Source: Macrostomum lignano (lineage: Eukaryota). Taken from it: 64,000 nt of DNA. The notes below the pieces were generated by a model, which saw only the letters and a list, made by a program, of their open reading frames with translations, did no database searches and was not told the origin of the DNA. The stretch is from assembly GCA_002269645.1 (NCBI GenBank), contig NIVC01001138.1, positions 120,699-184,698 of the forward strand, given 5' to 3'. The translations under genes and the position numbers were made by a program. Shown piece by piece: positions 28,313 to 40,590 of the stretch; the stretch's first letter is position 1, and each line of letters opens with the position of its first letter.

Positions 28313-29449
28313 TAATAAATAACCCTTTTTTGAATTGCATAAAGTAACCTTTTTGGCAAATAATTTGGTTCATTTTTTATTTAGCAATACCAATAGGCCA
28401 TAAGGGCCTACTCTTTCTAATAGAAAATTTATACATGCCAAAATTTGTTTAAATGCTTTATTATAAGCTTGAAAACCTAGAAAGCTTTAAATTTACACCT
28501 AAAAATAAGTTTTTTTCATATTTTTTCTACTTCATATTTTCTTAGAAGTGATACATGCCAATTGTACATGCCTATTTTTGGCATGCTAGGCCAATGTATA
28601 CCCAATTTTTTTGGCATATATTGTATGATCCAGAGTATAGTATAAGTATAATTATTTTTCTACAAAATTTTGTTTCCTAATATAAACAATATCTATTCCG
28701 TTAAACTAGCATCCCAGGCTGCCATTAACATTGATACAATGTTTTTTAGTGGTTAAAAAAAGGTTGCTATTGGATGTTGAAATAACGTCATTTTTAGCCT
28801 GTCTTTTTAAGATTTTTAAATGTTAGTGGCCAATGTTGGGATTAGATTAAAAAATAACCATCTACCAACCTTTTTGCTACATGCCCCACTGACTACTTAT
28901 AGACATAGCTCTATAGTTTCAGAAAATAATTAACAGAATAGTCTTTTGCTTTTTTTAGCAAAAAAGATTGATTGTAATTCCATTTATTTAAAGTGGCATA
29001 ATAAACTTATGGTTACATCAATAATAGATGTTATAAAATGAAACTGGGCTTATATAAATTTGGTAATATGTTTTGATATATAATTTATTAAAAGCTAGCA
29101 TACTTTAGTAGGAAAGATTAAAAGACTGCATGAACACTTATATAGAAAGATGCGCTCTTACGCAGGTGGGCCTGTAAAATTGAACCTCATTAATTAGTTG
29201 ACCAAATTTTTGCAATAGCTAAAATAAGCTCATATGGGAAAGCAGTGCTTGCAAACATGCTTACTAAAAGTGGTTAAGAGTTTAATTGTTTTTGTTGTCA
29301 AATAAAAATTTGAGTTTCTGACCATTTCTGATGGAAGAATTAAAATGTTTTAATAGATAATTTTTGTATGAGCATAGCAAGTACAATATATTTTACAAGC
29401 TATTTGATACGGATGGTGGATGCTGTTTATGTTATATAAGTGGCTTAGT

Positions 29450-31584
29450 CTGCATACATTTCACATAGAAGATCCCCATCCTCCTCTGTGTCCGTGTCAC
29501 CATCCTCAGCAGAATCACTCGAAATTGTCAAACCTTCAGCAGCTGCTGAACCAGTCTGGTTTCCAACAAGCAGCAACCTTTCACTCTGCTTTCTGATTCA
29601 AGTGCCTGCGTGCCTTAGATGCTCGCCAACTGCGGCTTCAGCCATTATTTTTGTGCAGTCACGGAAGACGCCAGAAGCTGCAGCTAAAAATACAAGATTT
29701 TGAAATATATTTTAAGCAGTACCTTTGAGGGATACAACTGTGGAAGGCTAATCCTATTTAACTCAGCTCTGTCAACTCAATTTAATACAGCTATATAATG
29801 TTGCAAATTGCACCAAACTGATTTATAGGAATCTTACTTACCATGGATAATAGGAAATAGACCAAGAGAGTTGAAGCTTCTCTTTGCGGCTCCTCGGCGA
29901 GTAGCCCCTTGCAGGCTAAACTGTGCTGCAAGCTGTCACAAAATGTTGGAAATCAGGTAATTTAGCCTCTTGCCCCCAGAGAGCAAAATCGAACAATCTG
30001 AAAATGGATGATGGGGAATTATCTGCTGATTATACTGACTTTTATTACATGTGTGTAGTGCGTAATATCTAATTCAGGGCCTATATAAATTATTTTTTGC
30101 AGTATAAATGTAAGACTGTTCTCTGTTATTAGCGTTACTACTTTAATCAGTAATAAGTATCGACATCGAGTGACGTCCTTTGTTCACTCACTGTGGCTTT
30201 TTCGGCCTTCTTATCTCCCTTCACAGCCAAAATCTAGCTCTCAAGGGCTGCAAAGTCACTGAATGGCAATGCTTCAAATAGCTGACGGTAGTCACAGCTG
30301 TCGGTGTTGTTCTCGTGTGGATTAGTTAGATGAGCCATTGTCTTGTTCTCCAGATCTGTTAATGCAGCTGTCACTGATGTATGCTAAGCCCAAACTACAT
30401 CTGTGCAGTAGAATGATACAGTATATTATATAGAATTAGTAGCATATTGCATTATTGCAGTTCAGCATAAGAAGTCGAAATCAAGTAAGAAAGTACAAGT
30501 ATATATTTACTTTGATTCAGGGGTTGCAGAGCTAGATTTTTTTAAGAGGGGGGAGGGCATTTTTCTTTTTAATCAAGGATTTTTTTTTCTCTTTCAATTG
30601 AATAATTAGGCTTAGGGACTTTAATTTTAATGCTAAATTCACATGTAGTCACTCTCAAGCTGCTTAATAGCTGCTGTGAGCTTGTCTACTTTAGCGCACA
30701 AATTAGACGCAGAGACGCTATCATTTGGCTGCATTTGTCTAAACGCAAGAACGTTGGGCTCCCTGTTATGAGCTGCCGGTGTTGATGCGACAGTCAGTAT
30801 AGGTGTGCCAAAAATGTTGGTCCCAGTAGCTGCCAACATGCTGGAATGATCAGCCGCTGCTGCCGCTCCTGTCAACTTGGAAGTTTGCGATTGCACTGGC
30901 ATCTCTGGTGATGGTGAATTTCTGATTGGCAGAATCGGTGGTGGAAAGCTTTCCTTTTGCTGTTGTTTCCTGCGACTTTGAGTCGTGTCATCAGGCCCAT
31001 GATCCGTCCGTCTGTCTCATCGATGAAGCATGCTACTGGCTGCCGAGACTGTGGAGCATCAGATTCACTAGTCTCTATAGTGCCTCTCCTTGCGAATCGC
31101 TTTCAAAATTCAAAAGCTTCCTTCTGAGAGTCTGCAGCAGTGAAGATCAAAGAGAAATGATTTTATTTGGCACTTTAGCCTTCATTCATTTTGATTTGAT
31201 ACAATGTATTGTGATAATTCATGCCCACGTATTAAGACACATGCTTTATGTGTCTTAGAATTGGGATTGGGTATTGTATATTTACAAAGTTAACGTTAAA
31301 GCTAAACACAGGCGTTTAAAAACTGCAATATAATTCCTCAAATATTGAAAATAATACTTATATTAACTATTCAATTGAATTTTCTTATCCCAAGATCTAA
31401 CTATATCCACTGTCTTGAATGACCACTTGTCACTCGTCATCTTCTTGCCATTTATGGCTTGCTTATAGTCCAATACTGGTGGCCAGCAAACAAGATTTGG
31501 GTTCTTGAACCACGTGTTTAGAGTCAACTCTATGCTGCCATTGTCAAAAATGACCAGCACAAATTTTTTCTCCAAATGGGACAT
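29450..31584 (-). pseudogene. Degenerate relic resembling the EnSpm/CACTA ORF2 accessory gene
   Basis: N-terminus MSHLEKKFVLVIFDNGSIELTLNTWF...VCWPP parallels ORF2 of the element at 44355 (FPVVQFCNDETVEYVSGAW...CYWP). The next exon has an in-frame TGA (~31104) and a frameshift (~31010), then a coiled-coil-like NLCAKVDKLTAAIKQLE. A possible EnSpm-type end CCCAGGCTG lies at 28713. Confidence 0.5.
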
Positions 31585-32630
31585 TTTCGGATGATTAGGC
31601 TATTCTTAATTCTATGAAATAAAATGGAGCTAGGATGACACCTAAAGCACTTAAACTAGATTTGATGAGAATATTCTAATGACAAAAGACAAAGTCAATA
31701 TGATTAAGACAGCTAGCTGAAGCAAAATATACAAACAGTTTTCTTTTTACTCATTTACCACAGTTTGCATATTGGCTTTAAAGTATATTTCCATCAGTCT
31801 TCACTCCTCAGTCAACCAATTAAAATGAAGCAGCCCCCGGAATGAGGCCTCACCGCCTGGCCAATTGAACATTGCATATTGGACAAGCAAAATTGTACTG
31901 AAATTGTATCTTTCAGCAGCGGCAGATCCAGGGTTTTTGCTTAGGGGCTGAGAATTACATGTGAGGGTGCCGCCTTTTGTCAGGCAGGGGCGCCTGGCGC
32001 TGCATCAGGTTAGAACCTATGCGATGAACGCCATTTTTAGCGCTTGCAGCACCTTTTGGCGCCTGTGACCCTTTCTAGGACAATGGAGCAACCTCCTGTG
32101 ATAGGGCGCCCACCTAAGACAGGCGCTGTTCGATTTGGGTGGCGGGGGACAACTGGGCGGGTCAATAGACCATGTGAATGAAGTGAGCAGTCGCTCAAAC
32201 TCTTTTGTTCCTTCGTTATATGAGTGATTCGCTCATCGTATTGCAGATCATTGTTGGTAAAATAAATAAGACAAAGTCATATCTTCTTTAAGGAACCAAA
32301 ATTTTTTTTAGAAACTATAAAGCTAAGCCTTGGGGCTTGGGGAAACCTGGAGAGCCAGTAATTTATGACGGGGAGACATTTAGTTTCTTTTACTTCCTTA
32401 GTCGTTTATCCTTTCATTGACAGGAAGGAAGAAAAATTACATGTAAAATTTGTAACCTTCTTATGCCATGACTTCAATCTATCTGATTTCATCAAACCAT
32501 CCAGACTTCATAGATCCCATGTCGTCATATTTTATCTGTCATGTTTCTATTTCTTCTGATTTGAAATGCCTATTAGTGCTTATTATGCGCAATGATATTT
32601 TTTCCAATTTTTATATAGCTTTTATTCCAC

Positions 32631-35250
32631 GGCGCGTTGACTATGGCGGCGAAGAACTCGCGCATCTCGTTCCTGCGCTCATCCGGAGTGTCGCCTGCCA
32701 GGTTGAGCACGATGCGACGCTTTCGCCCCGTCAGAGTGTTGATGACGGACCAGGCCACGCGCTCTCTGGCATTGGGCCCTGCGGCAGAGACGGCTTGGAT
32801 GGCGTCATCGACAGCGGACTGCTGCCGCTGCAGGTAGACAGCCGCCAGAGCCTCCTCCGCCTCGCGAGTTTGCCGCCCACTCAGACGGAGCCTCTCCAGA
32901 TCTTCCCTCGCTTCGTCGATCGCGGGGTCGTCCTGCCAGACCGGCTGCCTTCGCTGGGCCGGTCGCATCAGCGGGACTGCTTGCTCCGCAGCGGCTCGAA
33001 CTGCAGCGCTCACCTCCGCGTACTCGGCTCCTCCACGCTTGTCGCCCAGCGCAGTGACAAAGGCACCGGCAAAGCGACATCGCGTCTCGGCGTCCCTGAG
33101 CGCGCGGTAGTAGCGCCGCGGTGGCCGCTTTGGCGGACGGTAGAGCGGGTCCCGAAGCCGAAGGTCGCAGATGAGCAGCCGATGGTCGGACCGCAGAGCC
33201 AGCGGCGTAATGGTGCGGCAGTTGGTGACGCGGCGGCTCACACGAAAGCGCACAAGCACGTGGTCGAGCTGTGCCAGCCTCCGCGTAGCGTTCCGGCCGC
33301 GCGCGTTCCGCCGCCTCCGCTTGCAGCCCACGAAGGTCGCGAGCCTGCCCGGTGACTTGCGGAATCTGGTGTTGGCCGACACCATGTCCTGTCTCTCCAG
33401 GAAGTCCTCTAGCGCTCCGGTGTTGCCGTTCTCGCGCGCTGTCACGAACAGCGATCGCTCGGACCTACGCAGAACTGCGTTCAGGTCTCCGAGAATGACC
33501 ACTGTGTCACGTTGCGCCATCTCCTCCACCCGCACCGAGAGTTGCTCGAAGAAGGCCTGAGCCTCATCGGAGCGGGTAGCAGGCGGCGCGTACGCGCAGA
33601 ACAGGCGGGCGTTCCGGCCGCGAAGCCGGACGTCGACCCGAAGCAGCCGAGAAGACAGGGAGACGCAGCGACAGCTCTGCTGCAGCCTCGGTCCGATCAG
33701 CGCTCCAACTCCTCCACGGCCTCGCTCATCCGCTGAGGTGTACCAGAGTGTCCACCCGGCGCCCAGGTCCTCACAGTGAAGTCCGGGGTCGGCTCTGATA
33801 GACACCTCCTGTAGTGCGATGACATCACAGCTGAGGTCGAGCGCTAGCCTTGCCAGCAGCCCTCTCCGCCATGTGGCCTTGAGAGTGCGGCAGTTCAGCG
33901 TCCCGACCCGAAGCGTGCCCTCTGGTACGGCTGGGGCTCGGTGCTGGTGAGCCTCATGGCCCCCGGCGCCACCCGGAAGATCCAATTGGGCCAGCGCAGC
34001 AGCAGCTCGGCGGGCGGCGCCTGAGCAGAACGGATTCCGGCCCCATCGCGGCACAGTGACGCAGATCCTGGCTCTTCGGCGAGTCATCGAGGAGGCGCGC
34101 ATCCGCCAGTTGACCCTGATCCTGATCTTCGTTGATTTCAGGAAGGCCTTCGACTCGGTCGTGAGGGACGCGCTCCCAGAGGTGCTCCGTGCGTACAACG
34201 TGCCAGAGCTGCTGATTTCTGCTGTCATGGCGCTGTACCACGGCACGACGGCTGCTGTCTCAACACCGGACGGCCTATCGGATTTCTTCGAGACATCCTC
34301 CGGGGTGCTCCAGGGAGATACGCTAGCGCCGTTCCTGTTTATTCCGGTGCTTGACTGGGTGCTACGGACTGCTCTGCCTTCCAACGACGACGGCTTCCTG
34401 CTGCGGCGACGCATGGGTCGACGCCAACCGGAGAGACGGCTCAGCGTGCTTGGCTACGCCGATGGCCTCGCCCTGCTGTCCTCGACCGTCGAGGGCGCCC
34501 AACGACAGCTGGATAGGCTGGTTGCCGTTGCTGCGAGCGTCGGCCTGGTGGTCAACACGCAGAAGACCGTCGTGCTATGCGTGCCGGGCGACACCGAGGC
34601 TGCAATCTTCTGCCGAGGCGCTGACGGACAGGCGAGTGAGCTTCCAAGATGTCAGCAGTTCGTCTACCTCGGCGGTCTGGTTCCCAACGTCCGCGAGGAT
34701 CTGCGGCGTCGCCGAGGACTTGCCTGGGCTGCCTTTCGTTCTATAAGGTCAGTCCTGCAGTCCGAGGCCCTACCGGACCGCCAGAGGGCGGCGCTGTTCC
34801 AGGCGGTGATCGAGACCGTCCTGTTATACAACACCGAGACCTGGACGCTGACAGACTCGCTCGAGGCTCAAGTCGACGCGGCGCACGCTGGCCTGCTGCG
34901 CGCCGCCTTCAAGATCGGCAACGAGCGAGTCACCAACACGGTGCTCTATCATCGCGTCGGCCTGGCCCGTCCTAGCGATCTGCTGCGCCGTCGGCGACTC
35001 CAGCTGGCAGGCCACGTCATCCGCGCCGAGGCCTACTGTCCGGAGCCGGTGCAGGTGCTGCTACTTACGTTGCAGGCACCCTACCGGCGGGGACAGGCGA
35101 GGACTCGGCGCTACGTCGACTGTCTGCTGGCTGACGCCGGCGCCCCGGACTCTGCCGGCGGTGCGGCCTTTGTTCGCGCCCAAGCCTTGAAGCGCGCCAT
35201 CTGACGCTGCTTTTGCGAACTGACAGCGTACAATGTTGTTGTTGTTGTTG
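32631..35250. mobile_element. RTE-type non-LTR retrotransposon with inverted 5' segment
   Basis: Minus strand 32631 to ~34018 encodes an AP endonuclease (LRVGTLNCRTL, DVIALQEV, ILGDLNA, QLDHVLV, SDHRLL). Plus strand ~34019-35204 encodes RT (EQNGFR, DFRKAFDSV, GVLQGDTLAP, YADG, YLG). (GTT)n tail to 35250. 9-bp TSD TTATTCCAC at 32622-32630 and 35251-35259. Clade assignment is by resemblance. Confidence 0.92.
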
Positions 35251-35639
35251 TTATTCCACTAATTTCTATGCTAAAATATTTTAGCTTTTAACCTATATCT
35301 ATTAATAAAAAAACAAATATAGCTAGAATGGCCAAGGCTTTGCAAGGTTATTGATAAAGTTAGCTCTATGCCTTAAAATGTGCATTAGTGACAAAAACAT
35401 TTTAGATTTTTTGCTATTTTTTCTATTCTCTTTAATTCTTTTTTTCCTATAGAAAAAATGGAGTATTTTAAGTTGTTTATTGTTTATTGACTATTTAAGA
35501 CAACAAAGCTAACTTATTCAAAAAATATAAAAATAAGAATTTTGTCAGAATTTCAATTATATCTAAATAAAGAAGATGAATAAAAAATAGAAAAAAAGTT
35601 TATTATATTGGCTTTGCATTTTATAATGACTTCTTATGT

Positions 35640-35830
35640 TAACATAAGCCTTTTTGACTGTTCTCTCCTTTTCTTTTCCTTTTTGTCTGCCCTCTCCTTT
35701 TGCTTTTCTATGCCCCCTTTTCTCTCCTCTCCCCTTTCTCTTCCCCTCCTCCCTCTTCTTCCCCTATCTTCTCTTCTCCTTCTCTCTTTGTGTTCTTTCC
35801 TCTTTGCCATCTCTCTCCTCAAATATCTCT
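35640..35830. repeat. CT-rich low-complexity tract
   Basis: Polypyrimidine stretch with no exact period. Confidence 0.8.
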
Positions 35831-36813
35831 TTTTATAATGTTTGAGTGATTAAAGTAATAAAATCTGCAATTCTTGCTGAGATATTCTGTGAGAGCAATG
35901 GCTTGCTTATCAATGGGTTTTCAATAAGCCTCATTTGCCTTCTTCCAATCTGATCTCATTGTGGACATGGCATTAAAAATCTTTGTTGCTTAGAAACTGG
36001 CAATATTCATTTATCAAAAAAGCTTCCCTTATATTAAAAGTGAAAATTATCTTAACTTTAGCCTCCCTCCCATTTTAACCCCAAAGAGCATGTAGTATTA
36101 AAATTTTCTGTCTGTTGCTTGAGTCCCCAATTCTAAGGGTTTAAGAGCTCGTCTCTCATTGAAAGTGAAAACACTATTTTAAATTTAGCCTCTACTTTCC
36201 AAACCCTATCCTAGTTCCTAACTCTAGGGACTAAAAAGCTCCCATTGAAAGTGAAAATATTCACCTTTTAGCCCCTACCACCCAACCACAAGGGGGACAT
36301 GACATTGAAAATCTCCATTGCTTGAGTTCTAGATCCTATAGATTAAGAGTTCCCCTTACTTGGAAACTGGCAATATTCATTTATTTCTACTATCCTACTC
36401 CCATCAACTGAACAGCTTCAATGGTCTTTTAAGTGTCAGTTGAGTGGTATTTCTAGATATGGGAACTAGATATGGGAAATATGTTCTTTTAACTATATAC
36501 ATATGCTTTGTCAAAAACTTCTAAAAAGTATCCGTAACTTATAGCCATATCTGTAGCTAAAGTGGAACTCTAATTCTACCTATGTAGTTGCATTGCGAAG
36601 TTATTCATTTTCATTATTTATTAATTCATTCTTAGAGTTAAATTAACGAAGCTGTATGCTTACCTCATCTTCAACATTGCTAAGCACTACAAGCTGTTTT
36701 TTCTATTATACTTAATTTTCATTGTTCTAAGTGAATATTAATTTAGATTTTTACTAACAGTAAGAATTAAATAGGATCCTATTCTGTAACAATTTATTAA
36801 AATATCTGTTTGC

Positions 36814-39800
36814 ATGCCGCCGCTAGCAAGTACGCAGGCCCTTCGTAGGCACCCGACAATGCACACAGCAGCAGCGGTTGCTTCAGCCGCCTCTGTTACT
36901 GCTGAGGCCATGCCAGCTGCTAGCGGTTCTCCATTATCTAGCGAGCAGTGGCCTAGTAGTTACCAGGGTAACCATAGCAACAGCGGCAGCAGTTCCCCAG
37001 CCTCCATCAGCCTGCTGCACCAGCAGTCTCGCAAGCGCCGTCGCACCGGCGGCCCGCTATCGTCGCCAACAGCTAGTAATCATAATTCAAAGCTGCCATT
37101 TCATCTGCCACCGATGGTAAAGAAAGAGAAATCGATCAGTCTAGTTGCCATGGAGACGGCTAGTACAAGCGAGTCTGTGTCGGATGCTTCTATGCCGAAT
37201 GGCAGCGGCGCAGACCAGAGTAGTCACGCCGGCGCCAACGGCAAAGAGCTGTTTGTACTGTCGCTGGCTGTGATTCTGTCGCTAACTGGAGGCGGCGGCC
37301 AAGCACCCTGGGATGAGTTCTCCGCTGCTAGCCAGCCGTTGCCAGGCGTTGCCAAGGACGCCGCTATGCTGCCGCAGCTGCCTCATGACCTGGCTCTAAT
37401 TGGCGGCCTAAGCAGCAAATCCGACCGCATCTCCGATTGGCTGGCCGCTAATCCTCTGGCTCTGCGTCAGCAGCAGGCGGCTTATCCCAGCACCATTGTG
37501 GGCTGGTCGCCGTCAACTTCGACTAACTCAATGTGGAACGATCAGGACACGGTTGCTTTGGCATTCTATCAACAGCCGGATTCGAAAGATTTAATGCTAG
37601 GAGGCGGTGCAGCTGCCGGAGTGTCTGTGTTACCGAAACCGCTGGCTACTATGAGTAGTAGCAGCAACGGCAGTCAGAGTCCGCCGCAATCGACCACATC
37701 TTCATCTCTGTGGTGGCAGGCTGGTTTAGAATCCGACGCTAACAATAGAGACGAGCATCTGAGCGAGTCGGAGTTGCAAATCAATGCCGAATTGGATCAG
37801 CTGTTTCCGCTTGGCGAGTTGGATCAGCTGGGATTTGATCCCGATAGTTTTATGGGGTTGTTGAACGAACCTGCCGTTGACATTTCGGGCGCGGCTGGAA
37901 CGGACAGCGAAGGTCAAATGATGTCAGCAATGCTGATGCCGCCAAAGTCTGAGGACGGCGACCAATCGGAAGGATTTAAAACTGAGGAGTGTGTAAGTTG
38001 GTTTGGGTTGCCACTTTTAGGGTAGGGGCCATATATGGGGCTTTCAGAGTCCCTTTTTATGGACCATATGGGGCTTTCAGAGTCCCTTTTTATGGACCAT
38101 ATGGAGCTTTGAGAGTCCCTTTTTATGGACCATATGGAGTTTTGAGAGTCCCTTTTTATGGACCATATGGGGCTTTGAGAGTCCCTTTTTATGGACCATA
38201 TGGAGTTTTGAGAGTCCCTTTTTATGGACCATATGGAGCTTTGAGAGTCCCTTTTTATGGACCATATGGGGCTTTCAGAGTCCCTTTTTATGGACCATAT
38301 GGAGCTTTGAGAGTCCCTTTTTATGGACCATATGGGGCTTTCAGAGTCCCTTTTTATGGACCATATGGAGCTTTGAGAGTCCCTTTTTATGGACCATATG
38401 GGGTTTTCAGAGTCCCTTTTTATGGACCATATGGGGCTTTCAGAGTCCCTTTTTATGGACCATATGGGGTTTTCAGAGTCCCTTTTTATGGACCATATGG
38501 GGCTTTCAGAGTCCCTTTTTATGGACCATATGGGGCTTTCAGAGTCCCTTTTTATGGACCATATGGGGCTTTCAGAGTCCCTTTTTATGGACCATATGGG
38601 GCTTTCAGAGTCCCTTTTTATGGACCATATGGGGTTTTCAGAGTCCCTTTTTATGGACCATATGGGGCTTTCAGAGTCCCTTTTTATGGACCATATGGGG
38701 CTTTCAGAGTCCCTTTTTATGGACCATATGGAGCTCTCAGTCCCATATGGAACCACATAGTTTTGGACCATATGGGGTTGCAGCGCACTTTTAAAGCCTG
38801 GTTGAAGAACTGAGTGAGTCAGACTGTAGGCTACCGACAAAATACCCAGTATTTAAGTGTGCACTGTATCGAATATTTGAGTAGAAAAGACGCTGCTCGT
38901 CTTGCTTGTTATGGACCAAGCCTTGAGCATGGGAGTCCTTTATAAAAAATGAAAACAGAAATGTCTGACTCGCTGTTAAGTCTTTTTGAACGAGTTACCT
39001 AAACAATTTTTTCAACGGGGCATATAGAATTTTCTGATGTACCAGCGGCCCAGGCTCGATTCCAAGTGCAGTCACGTTAATTTGGGGGCTAAATTGTAAT
39101 CTCGGCTTGGCTCTGCTCGTGCAATTAAAGCCCTTCCCGATTAAAACGGTACCCAGACCAAAAATCTTCTCGTCGTTTTAGAATCGTTTAGAATCGACTC
39201 CCCTGAATGCTTAGGGGAGTCGGCCGAATGGGCAGTAATACCTCTCGCCGGTTGTGCGACAATGCCGACAATGCACACAGCATCCTGCCTATAATAAAAC
39301 TTACACACCTGTAAACAATATTCATTTTTTCAGGCTGGCCTACGCGCTATGCTTCACAATCACACCTACGCCGCTTCGGCTGACGCTGCTGCGCCTTGGC
39401 AACCGTTGCTAGGCAACAGCGACGCCGCTGAGGACGACAGTAAATCCGGTATTTACCTGGCTGAAGCGCCTCGGCTGCTGCAGCAACAAGTCGACTATCA
39501 GGATTACGAAGATTACGAGGACAACTACGACTCTAGAGACATGCGCTCGGCCATGTACCGGAACAAAGACCCGGCTAGGCTAGTGGCGGCAGGAGTCAAG
39601 CTAACCTATAACGAGGTTGTCACCTGTAGTCATCAGAAATTTCTAGCCCTGCTGCAGTGCTACAATCGCAAGCAGCAGGCCGTACTGCAGGAGGTGCGCA
39701 AACGCGGCAAAAATCGTTTAGCCGCGTCGAAATGCCGACAGAAGAAATCGGATCGAGTCGGTCGAGTTCGGGAAGAGCTCAGCGAGCTTGGCCAGCGCAC

Positions 39801-39993
39801 TAACAGGCTGGCTGCTCAAACTGAAGCTGCTCAAGCTGAGGAGAGGCGCTTGCGCGACAAGTACATGCAGCTGTACCTGACCGCCTTTGGCAGGCTGAGG
39901 GACGCTGAGAATCGGCCGCTGGATCCCAGGGTGCACCGGCTGCAACACGGCCTGGATGGATCCGTGATTCTGGTTGCTAGGGACGCTGCTTAG
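36814..39993 (+). CDS. cnc: CNC-bZIP transcription factor (cap'n'collar / NFE2L1 / NFE2L2-like), 2 coding exons
   Basis: Exon 36814-37992 (donor TGT|gtaagt) joins in phase 0 to exon 39334-39993 (acceptor tttttcag). Family motif HNHTY, CNC region (LTYNEVV...F..LL), basic region EVRKRGKNRLAASKCRQKK and leucine zipper; stop TAG 39991-39993. Confidence 0.9.
38025..38745. repeat. 33-bp intronic minisatellite (GGACCATATGGGGCTTTCAGAGTCCCTTTTTAT)
   Basis: About 21 tandem copies directly after the splice donor of the CNC intron. Confidence 0.97.
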
Positions 39994-40069
39994 ACTGGGA
40001 AAACGCTTCTATGAATATGCTTTTGCGAACTTGATTGACTGGTTGCTAAGGTGCGCTAAATGAACTCTT

Positions 40070-40590
40070 TAGTTGCTGTCCGGTTGCCAGAGACGCTTTT
40101 TCAGCTGCGGTTCTAGACACGCTTCTTTTGTGGTTGCTAGGGACACGCAAGCTATGCCACAATGCAGTCTGGTTGCTAGGGACACGAAATCTGTACCCCA
40201 ATGCAATGGTTGCTAGGGACACGCAAGCTATACCCCAATGCAGTCTGGTTGCTAGGGACTGAAACCTGTACCCCAATGCAGTATGGTTGCTAGGGACACA
40301 ACCTGTCCCCCAGTGCAGTATGGTTGCTAGGGACACAACCTACCCCCCCGTGCAGTATGGTTGCTAGGGACACAACCTGTCCCCCAGTGCAGTATGATTG
40401 CTAGGGAACAACCTGTACCCCAGTGCAGTATGATTGCTAGGGAACAACCTGTACCCCAGTGCAGTATTGTTGCTAGGGCACAACCTGTACCCCAGTGCAG
40501 TCTGGTTGCTAGGGCCAGAACCCAAACCCCAATTACCCCAATGCAGTCTGGTTGCTAGGGGCGCAACCTGTACCCCAATAGTCTGGTTGT
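40070..40590. repeat. ~37-40 bp minisatellite 3' of the CNC gene (TGGTTGCTAGGGACACAACCTGT[A/C]CCCCAGTGCAGT[A/C])
   Basis: About 12 diverged tandem copies; the core matches the last codons of the gene. Confidence 0.92.

Noticed and set aside
32573-34414. 613-aa minus-strand ORF as one protein
   Set aside because: The first ~130 aa are antisense to the RT half and the last residues run past the TSD; it is a chimera created by the inversion.
37914-38840. 308-aa and 274-aa repeat proteins overlapping the CNC gene
   Set aside because: They are frames of the 33-bp intronic minisatellite. The CNC exon ends at the donor at 37993.
35208-40030. Shared 13-mer GCTTTTGCGAACT in the RTE 3'UTR and the CNC 3'UTR
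   Set aside because: No flanking similarity; a 13-bp match is expected by chance in 64 kb.
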